A stretch of 64,000 nucleotides of DNA from Klebsormidium nitens (lineage: Eukaryota; Plantae; Klebsormidiophyceae), in the NCBI GenBank assembly GCA_000708835.1, contig DF237286.1:36831-100830 (forward strand), written 5' to 3'. This document shows positions 50,501-59,992 of the stretch, one piece after another. Made by a program: the position numbers and the translations under genes. Within the stretch, counting starts at the first letter, position 1, and each line of letters begins with the position of its first letter. The notes under the pieces are model-generated. The model did no database searches. It saw nothing but the letters and a program-made list of their open reading frames with translations, and was not told the origin of the DNA.

Positions 50501-52323
50501 CTGAGCTCACTCACGCAAGAGGCACATACCTAGTATAGCCGAACTTTTTCCGAATTGATGAAACGTCGGCGCACGCGGTAGGTACCGCTGGAGACTTTGC
50601 AGGCTCAACGCGATAGATGGTACCACACTCCACGGTACGTATATTCCCCAAGGCAATTCAGCTCCCGGGGATGCCAACAAACACTAAACCTAAGCTACAC
50701 TGAGGCGAGACCCTAACCCACACCCTAACCCACCAAAGTCACTCGGTTGCTAGGATTGCTGGTGACTCAGGCGTCGACATTCATACGGTTCGGAAAAAGT
50801 TCGGCTTACTTTGTCCATTTTGCCTCACGGAATTGGGTTGAGCTCACAATCCACAGATGTCGTCGGATGGACGGTGATATCAATCGACGGTGTGCAACCT
50901 GTCACCTGCGATGCCTCAGCCTCATCGACAGCTGGTACTACCTATACCGTAGGTGTCAAATGTCTGATCCGACGGTTCTCTCACTGTCAGCCGCTTTACT
51001 CTTATGTAATAGAATCGTCGGATAGATTCTGCCAGCTGGCAATGGCAGCAGTGCCACGAGAAGCGCTGTGCAGGCTGCCTGCATATACTGATTGGAAGAA
51101 GGCGGTGCTTTGTGCCTGAAGACTCTGGAGCTGGAGCCTGGGAGGGGATTTCGTTGACTATCCTGATGGCTTCAGATATTCTTTTCCATCTTTCCGTGAG
51201 TATCATCATCATCTTTTACCTTGATCAGACTGTTTGGTTCTTCGGGCGGTTCCAATTGTTGCTCAATTCAGCGTCTTCTTACGGCATTCAAGAACGAATT
51301 TGACAACCTGCAGCGCATGCAGAGGCTCTTGCTCTTTACGCCAAGTCCTGGCCCTTATTCGCTGCGCTTATTTAGTAGAGAGACAGCTCCCCTTCAGCAA
51401 GCTGCTAGCTTGATGAAACTTTCCACTGGTCCGTAGATGATGGCGGCGTGGACATAAGTAGCTTGATAGCACTACCAGAAGCTTTGAATGTGACTTTTCA
51501 GGGGTGGTAGTAAGTTTTACACTGGAATATTCAACGCATTGTAGAAAGCTAGCCAGCCCGTTTTGATTGCTTGGATTGTTTATAGTCTGCTTGGGCCAGC
51601 TTAGATCTTCGCAGAATCATGTTTAGGAGTATATAATGCCGTGGGATGTGCTGGGGCATTGCCTGTGACTATATGAGAATAGTTGCTCAATTCCATATGT
51701 GGCAACATGATGTTGTAAAGCTCTCTGCATCCTGGGTGATGGACCTCTTGCATCATTCAGAAGTGCATACATTGGATTGCTGGGGACATATGTGTCACTG
51801 CCAGCATACTTAAGCAAGTTCGCCCGTGCTTATGAAGATAGTCCACTAAAATGAGAGCGCCTTTCTCCAGCTTTTACTCGAATCTGAAAGGATTACCCAC
51901 ACTGGTCATTGCCTGTCTCTTGAAAGCTGGGGGTGAAAGCTGGGGTAGATCTTAGCCAGAAACGTGGTGCAAGGACTCTCTCAAGGCCTGGACTCGTGTA
52001 GAATTAGAACTCTCACCTAGCTCCCTCTTTCTTCTTGCACGTCACTCCGCAACCTGCCCCCATTGTCGGTCGTTCCTCTTGACCTTGATCCATCATCTTC
52101 CGCCTCCCATTTTCCCTCTGCTCTCTCAACTGCGAGCTTACCAAGTACTAACGAAGTGGTTCTGCCTTTCTACAGAGGCGCCCCAGCTTTCGGTTGAGCA
52201 ACAATGACAACACTCCTTTGTCTGCAACGACATTGCCCCCCAGCGATGCTTGACCCTATCCTAACTTGACCCTCCTTAGTCAGCCCAGACCGAGCGGGTC
52301 GGGATACTCCCCCCAACTCAGCC

Positions 52324-55300
52324 ATGGTGGGGGCTACTCCCGTGCCGCCACCTGGCGCCGAGCTGAACCACATTGCCTCGACGCCCAAGGCGGTCCTGGG
52401 GTGCATAGCCTTCGCCATCTTCTGGCTGATGGCCGTCTTTCCCTCGGTGCGTTTCCTCCCGATTGGAAGAACGGCGGGCGCGGTGATGTCAGCGGCGCTG
52501 ATGGTGGCGTTCCAGGTGTTGAGCCCGTTGGAGGCGTTTGCGGCGGTGAACCTGCCAACGGTGGGGCTGCTGTTTGGGACGATGATCGTGAGCACGTTCC
52601 TGGAACGGGCAGGCGCGTTCGAGTATCTAGGGTGAGGCGATACATTCTACTTCTGCCTCTGCTTTCTGGTCTCCCTTCAGTCTTCGTTTCTTGTTTGTAC
52701 AACTACCCTTATTTTGTTCTGCTTCATCTCGATTCCCGTTTTAGGTTACGTCCTTTGTTTGAATCTGGTGGTTCCCACATATCGACCCATTGAGACCCTG
52801 AGACGAAGCTGAAAGCCTTGTCTCATTCCAAAAAGAGAGAGTTCCATGCATGAGCGATCATTGGGACTCCCAGAAGACTTTCTCTATCGTGGTCTCAGAT
52901 CGACTTTCCAGCTTATTGTCGAAGTCTGCGCCCTGATATCCGTTCTGCGGTAGTGGATAGATGTTTAGATCCAAATGCCGGATCTCCCATTTTCAAGGGA
53001 CTTTCCTGTCTATCCCGACTGGGCAGCCAATTCTGCAACTCATATTAGATGTAGCTTTTGAAAAGGATCTTTTGAAGAGCGGCCATTGCGCTCTCAACCC
53101 TGAGTTGAAAAGTCCAGCCTTGTTCGCAGCAGCTCTTCAAAAGATGTGTAAAAGGTAATTGCAGAAGGTTCCCTTCGTTCAAGTCTGTCAAATGAAAGGT
53201 TTCCTCTCTCAAGGAAGACAGTCCAGCAAAGTATCAGCTCTCGCAAATTCAGAGACGCAAAAATGTTCAAGGATTTTCTTCACCCCAGATGAAATGACTG
53301 TCTGAGCGAGGATCAAATCGCGTTCAACTCTAACCACAGTACCCTTTGGGTGTTTCTTCGTACAAGCCCCGTCGCTGAACCCCTCCCTAACCCTCCCTAA
53401 ACCCCTCCCCTAACCCTGCAGTTGGTTGCTCGCCTGGAAGAGCCTCGGCGGTGCCGACCTTCTCTGTCGCCTGTGCGTCTTCTCCGCTCTCTCGGCCGCC
53501 CTCCTCACGAACGACACGACCTGCGTCATCCTGACGTCATTCATCCTCGGGCTCTGCCGGGTGCGCGGGCTCCCCCCCCAACCATACCTTATCGGTCTTG
53601 CCACTAGCACGAATATTGGGTCAGCGCTGACCCCAATCGGTAACCCGCAAAATCTGATCATCTCGATCAACGGCCGGGTGTCGTTTGGAAAGTTTTTAGC
53701 GGGCTTGATTGCGCCGGTTGTGGTTACTGTGATCGTTAACACGCTCGGTTTGCTGGTTATCTACGCGCGGCGGTTGTCGAAGAAGCGGTTAAGGGGGCGG
53801 TTAGAAGAAGCGGCGATCAAGAACACGGGGTTAGAAGAGGCGCGTAATGAGCCAGGGGGACAGGAAATAGTGGAGGGAATGAGTTTAGAAACGGTGGTCG
53901 GCGGGGGGTCTCGAGAAACAAACGAGGCCCACCCGGCAAACGGCTTGGAGCTAGCATCAAACGGAAAACGGGTTTGCAGCAGCAACTCGGCCGGGAATGA
54001 GGAACATGAAAAGGGAAGCGAGGACCAGGAGACTGGTTCTCAATCAGGTGGTGGGCGAAATCTGAGTGCGGAGGAGTCGAGAAACGGGTCACCAGTGCCG
54101 CCCCGGAGGAGCCTCTCCCTGGGGGCGAAACGGCGGTGGCGGGAAGAGTGGTCGGCCGGTGCAGACGGGTCGTTTCCTAATCCGCAGTCCGGCGGAGCGG
54201 CAAACTCCTCGCTGGTTTTCCAGAAAGACGAAACGGGACGTCGGTCGTTGAGTTCGCAAACCAGCGGGATCGTCGTTCTCATCGACCAAGAGACGGACGG
54301 TTCTCCAACTCATTCGGACCGTCAGCACACTCGTTCGGACGCTCCTCCAGAAAATGCGGACGCTTTTCCAGCCGCAGGCGCCCATTCGGACGGCCTCCGG
54401 CCGCGTTCGAATTCGCGCCCACACCAAGTCGAGGTCCTCGTTCCGTTCCCCGACCTGGAGCACCAGGAAGGCGTCCCCGCAGTCGCGCCCACCTGGAGGG
54501 GACGCCTAAAGCTTCTCCGGAAAAAGCGGCCCCCGTGGCTGTTCAAAGCGTCCGTGTATGTCGTTGTCGCGGGGATGCTGGCGGCACTTCTGGCCGGGCT
54601 GGATTTGCCGTGGGTGGCGATGGGGGCGGCCGTGATTCTGATCTGCCTAGACTTTCGGGACGCGGAAGAAACCCTGGATCAGGTGCGTCCGGTTTTCGTT
54701 AACAACCTTCTGAGTTCGCTTAAACCACCCGTTTAGTTTCTCTCTAGCCGTGGTTTCGATGTGCCTGGACTTCGGGAGGCGGAAGAAATTCTGGATCAGG
54801 TACGTGCTGTTCTGTATTAACATGCTTGTGACGCATTTGTAGCAGCCGTGATCATAGAACGCCTGGACTTTCGGGACGCCGAGAAACCCTGGATCAGGTG
54901 CGTCCTGTTTCACCTTAACGTTTCGTGACGTTACTAATATCACTTCCTACCTCACTTGTGTCACTCGTGGTCTTATTAATTTGACCTAGCTGTAGATCTG
55001 ATCTGCCTGGACTTTCGGGACGCTGAGGAAACCCTGGATCAGGTGCATGCCGTTTCCTGTTGCATTCTCGTGACCTCCTTGATTCATTCAGCTTCATAGT
55101 GGCCGTGACTTTGGTCAGTTTGGACTCTTGAAAACCACGTTCAGGTGCGGGCCCCGGGGTCTTATTTCAGATACTTGTGACGTCACTGGCCTTTCCCAAC
55201 AAGTAGTCAGCCGTAATCCTTTCTGCTGGCACTGTTGCGACTCGTACGCGACCCTCATTTGGGCTTAATCCTAATGTCCCCTCATTCTCCACTGAATGAC

Positions 55301-58300
55301 TCACTTGCACAGCCGTGAGTTTTAGTCTACCAGGACTCCAGAGATGCCAAGAGTCAGTTTCAATGCCTGGTGCGCATCGACTCTTCTCAAAACAGAATTG
55401 CAGATGCCATGTGTGACCTCTCTTTTCTTTCGAAACGTCGGAGAACTCAAAAGACAGTGCTACAGACCAGCTTCAATCAGCTACGGCTCAGAGAGCGCTG
55501 GCCGCCGTCCGTCGTGTCTCATCTGCTGTCTATGTTTGACTAAGAGCACTCTCTTCTGTCACTTCGGCTGTTTACTTTTCCAGCACAAGCGATATTCTTC
55601 GTGAATGTTCTAAGAGAACCACTTTGAGGTGAAGTGCAAACCGACGTCAGCAATGAAGCGTCAACAAATTTGTCGCATACGGGGATATCCCACTCGCTTC
55701 CCGACTGCTTTCTCAGCACGGCTTTCGCTGTCAGATTACTTTCGTCACCATTTCCGAAACTCTCCGCCTTTCATACCTTCTGGACTTGTAGTGCATGCTG
55801 ACGTCAGCAGCCTTGTCGCAGGTCCCTTGATCGCTCCTCGTCTCCTTCTCTAGCGCGGTCGTCAACGTCAAGAGTGTCCCCTCGCAACAATCTCCAAGCT
55901 TTGAAATCTAGACCTGTCGTGCATGCTGACGTCAGCACCCGTTTTCGCAGGTGTCTCACTCGCCCCTCGTCTACTTCCTTAGCTCGTTTGTTGCGTTAAC
56001 GACGACTCCCAGAACTTCCCAGTTTCTCAAGTTTTTTCATACTCTTATCCATGCTGACATTGACTACCTTCTCGCAGGTCTCCTACTCGCTCCTGGTCTT
56101 CTTCTCCAGCATGTTCGTCGCAGTCCAAACTTCCTCTTGGTTTTCAGAGCTCCCCGATCCTTCAGATCTAGATTGTAAAAGCGTGACGCAGCACCTTCTC
56201 TGCAGGTGTCCTACTCCCTCCTCGTCGTCTTCTCTAGCACGTTCGTCGCCTCTACATTCCCTCAGATTTTCCCATTTCCAAAAGCGCAACGCTTGCTTAC
56301 GTCAGCAGCCTCTCGCAGGTGTCCTACTCGCTCCTCGTCTTCTTCTCCGGCATGTTCATCGCCGTCGAGGGCTTCAACCGGACGGGCGTCCCCGGGCAGA
56401 TCTGGGCCTGGCTCGAGCCCCACGCGCGCCTGGACACCGCGGCTGGGACGGTCCTCTTGGCCGCCGTTGTTACTCTGCTCAGCAACGTCGCATCCAACGT
56501 GCCCACTGTTCTACTTTTAGGTAAGCGTCCGAAAGCGTCCGTATCCATTTGTTGTGTCCGAAAGCGTCCCGAATGGTGTCCGAATGGTCCTGCTAGCTGC
56601 CGTCGTTACTCTGCTCAGCAACGTCGCGTCCAACGTGTCAACCTCCATGCTATTGGGTGAGCGTCCGAACGCGTCAAGATCGTTCATACATGTCCGGGAA
56701 CACTCTGAAAGTGTCCGATGAGGCCGGGATAGTTCTCCTGGCTGCCGTTGTTACTCTACTCAGCAACGTCACATCCAATGTGCCAACCGTCGTACTCTCG
56801 GGTAAGCGCCCGCATCCGTTTGTTTGTGTCCGGAAACGTCCCGAATGGTGACCAAATTGGGTCCTCTTGGCCGCTGTTGTTACTCTGCTCAGCAACGTCG
56901 CGTCCAACGTGCCAACCGTCCTACTTGTGGCTGAGTGTCCGAAAGTGTCGCATCGGTTACTCTTGTCCTAAAACGTCCGAATGGTCCTCCTGGTCGAGGT
57001 CGTCACTCTGCTCAGCAATCTTGCGGCCAACGTGCTCACCGTCTGCTTTTGGGTGAGCGTCAGGAAGCGTCAGTATCCGTACATTGTTGTCTGTCAGCGT
57101 CCGAATGATCCTCCTGGCCGCCGTTGTCACTCTGCTCAGCAACGTTGCGTCCAACGCGCTCATTGTTCTACACCTGAGTATGCATCCGAAAGCGTCGAGA
57201 TGGTTCGTTTGATTTTTGAGAGTCTGCTGAATCCATCCAAAGCGCCCGGGACTCCCCACCCTTAAGCCATTTGAGCCCGTTATCAAGCATCTTTAGACCT
57301 TTCTTCTACCCGCCTGTCCGAATCGCAGGTCGTAGGGTGGCTGCGTCTGCGGCAAGCACAATGACCTACGCGTCCTCAACCCAATTCATCCCCGAAAACA
57401 AACTGTGCTAAACCGTGCGGTTAACTAACGGGTTTGCAGGTGCCTGGGCGACTACGTCCGCAGCAAGCACCGCCGGGATCAGCGTACATATGCGCCCTTA
57501 ACCCGTTGTTAGCGCAAATACACACGGTTCTAAACCCTGGGGTTAATCATTGGGTTTGCAGGTCCCCGGGTGGCCGCGTCTGCTGCAAGCACCGCTGGTA
57601 TTAGCGAGACCTACGCATGGCTGTTCCTGGCGTTTACGAGCACCGTGGCCGGAAACTTAACCATGGTGAGCTTTTGGTGATCGTCTTGTGCTGCTTTTCG
57701 CTCTCACATACAATATCCAAACGACCGAGCTGAAATCGTAGCCGTCAGCGCAAGGCTCAAGAGCGAGTTCTACTTGACGAGACCCTGTAAGTCTCCGCTT
57801 GAAGGCGTACAGGAAAGATGGGGATTGGTTTGTATTCAACACACCGAAGCTGGCACGGGAGTTTGGTTTGGTCCGGGTTATGCTGCAGGCGTAATCAGTC
57901 AGACGCCAGCACGCGGTGGCAACTTTGACACCGAGTTGAAGATAAACCTTTTTGACTGCCCCTTTTCAGAGCTGCTTAGTCCGTAGCTTTTAATCCATCA
58001 GCTAAATTTCCAGAGTTGCCTGCCGACCGATTTTCTCTCATACACGATTCGTGACTGGGCCTTTCTGCAGCACTTTAAATCCTCGGTCCGTTTGTTCATC
58101 CGCTTACTTTCTTGCGTATAATTTTCTGTTCGAAAAGCGTGGACTCAGAACCGGCTTCGAGTCGCAGCTGGTTCTCAGCGTTTGTTGTGACTCAAAGACG
58201 TCAGATATTCGTTAGACACTCGTCAGAAAGGTATGAGAGAGTCGTCGGGAAGGCGTCTTTCTTGGAGATGCCCGCATCGACCAGCCTGCTTGCGTGCGCT

Positions 58301-58690
58301 GCCGTCTTTCTTTCCGCACAGCTGCTTTGCTTGTCCACGGGTCTTGGGTTGGGAAATCCTTTTCGATCTTTTCAGATCGAAGTGGCGAGGCTAGCATTCT
58401 TGGCCTAGTCTGGACTTACGAGGGCATCCCTTTGTCAAAACATTCGCCCCCTTTGTGCAGTTCAAGAATGCAGTTTGCTCCTTCCACTCGTATTTCGTCG
58501 ACGAAAGGGTTCCCTTCATTCGTCTACTGTCGTGCAGGTTGGTTCTGCTGCCAATCTGATTGTAAGCGAGGAGGCGTTCCGTGCAAAGGACGGGATGCAA
58601 TATAAGCTGAGCTTCTGGAACCATCTCCGATACGGGCTCCCATCCACCATCATCGTGTTGGCCGTCGGCATACCCTTGATCAACGGCTGA
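52324..58690 (+). CDS. Lsi2: Lsi2-type silicon efflux transporter (ArsB/NhaD/CitMHS-like family), 5 exons
   Basis: Exons 52324-52631, 53422-54682, 56319-56520, 57562-57665, 58538-58690. Lsi2 motifs: [134 protein letters not shown]. Confidence 0.93.
54762..55051 (+). repeat. Three intronic copies of the Lsi2 exon-2 3' end plus donor
   Basis: cctggactttcggga..ctggatcag|gt recurs ending at 54799, 54897 and 55042 (real end 54682). Confidence 0.95.
55793..56255 (+). repeat. Four intronic copies of the Lsi2 exon-3 branch point/acceptor plus exon start
   Basis: (gc)tgacgtcagca..cgcag|gt(g)tcctactcgctcctcgtc-like units start at 55822, 55951, 56078 and 56206 (real start 56319). Confidence 0.95.
56590..57200 (+). 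repeat. Five intronic copies of the Lsi2 exon-3 3' end plus donor
   Basis: ggccgccgttgttactctgctcagcaacgtcgcatccaacgtg..|gt(a/g)agcgtccg-like units end at about 56656, 56801, 56930, 57052 and 57173 (real end 56520). Confidence 0.95.
57320..57500 (+). repeat. Two intronic copies of the Lsi2 exon-4 acceptor plus exon start
   Basis: gcag|gtcgtagggtggctgcgtctgcggcaagcac (start 57329) and gggtttgcag|gtgcctgggcgactacgtccgcagcaagcaccgc (start 57440) resemble the real gggtttgcag|gtccccgggtggccgcgtctgctgcaagcaccgc (57562). Confidence 0.88.
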
Positions 58691-59992
58691 GAGCAGCCTC
58701 GCCGCGCTTCGCTGCTTGCACTGCGTACACATAGATAAGTACGGGCTATTGCCTGCCACCGTTTGGTAGTAAGTTAAGAGAGAAGCCCTTGTGTAGCGAG
58801 AATGCGAAGTGAGTGGTCAGAGTGAGTAAACATACTGCGATTGACGGATGCCTTGACTATGTGGAGAACGATTGGGCGTGCCGAGTATGATAAACTCGCG
58901 TCCACATATATATACAACCTTGAACTTGTGCGCTGATGTGTCTCCGTAGGCCTGATTCGAAAGCTGCAGCTATAGCGCAATTGCACAGAAATTTGACACA
59001 CGAGGGCCAGATCTCGTATAAGATTGGTTACTTGTTCGTACAAGTGATTGCTGACAGGCTGCATCTGACATCCATGCACCGCTGCGCCGTCAAGGCCGGA
59101 TTCAACATTCTCTCAATTGCCACCGCCTGCCTCCAACGATGCAATTGCTAGGTATAGGGGCTGCACGTCGCGGTTACTGGGCTGCGACCAATCTGCGATC
59201 CGTTCGATGGGCATGACAATGATGGCCGGGCATGTAGGATGGTTAAGGTTTCCATTGTGCAGTGACAATTCAAGCCTGCGAGAGAGCCGTCATACACCTA
59301 CCTTGGCAGGCATTTGCATGATCGTCTCGATCCAAAACCTGAATTTTGGCCACATGTATATAGGTACACACAAAATTAAGATCCGTGTGCGTTTATTATA
59401 TCCGAGTGGGATCTACACCTAGACCTATTTTCGTGGCGTCACATGAAATGGTCTCTTAAGTGTTCAAATACCGTCCGGTCGCAGCCAACTAGGCCATAGC
59501 CTTAGGTCCCTAGTTTCACTGTAACCCTATATGACAGTATGTAATGAAATGTGCGCGCTTGCTGAAGGCTTCCCAGATGCAGCTTGGGAAAGTATGGCGT
59601 TGCCATCGTCCATGCGTTTCTTGCATAGAGTATCATATCTCAAATTCAAGTTCTATGGTACAGAGTCCCTATATTTGCATATCATTGGCAGTGGTCAGAC
59701 TGGAGTGCCGGGTCGACATGGTTGTTTCAATATCACACAAATGACCAAATGGCCAGTGCAAACTGAATCATAGCATATCCTATGCAAATGACAACACCGT
59801 TTCACCGGGCAAGGAACGGACACCTTTGTGTCTGATTTTTCTCCATAACTCAACGTTTGACGTGTTCTTGCGACACACAGAATTTTAGGCTATCTACACT
59901 GTACGCAAAGAAACAACTGTAAACAAGGTTAACTTGCAAGCGACCGCTTAATAGTGATCTGGTCAGGTTAATCGGTCAATGAGGCTCAGCAT

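Noticed and set aside
50705-50735. accctaaccc twice (telomere-like)
   Set aside because: Only two short units, too little to call an interstitial telomeric array.
44600-52200. Many 60-150-aa ORFs in a 7.6-kb stretch
   Set aside because: No recognisable domains, no consistent exon chain, and no TIR, LTR or TSD found. It is probably decayed repeat or intergenic DNA, though a divergent gene cannot be excluded.
54640-57500. CRISPR-like appearance of the regularly spaced Lsi2 repeats
   Set aside because: The repeats are degenerate copies of adjacent eukaryotic exon ends, the spacers are partly homologous to each other, and there are no cas genes.
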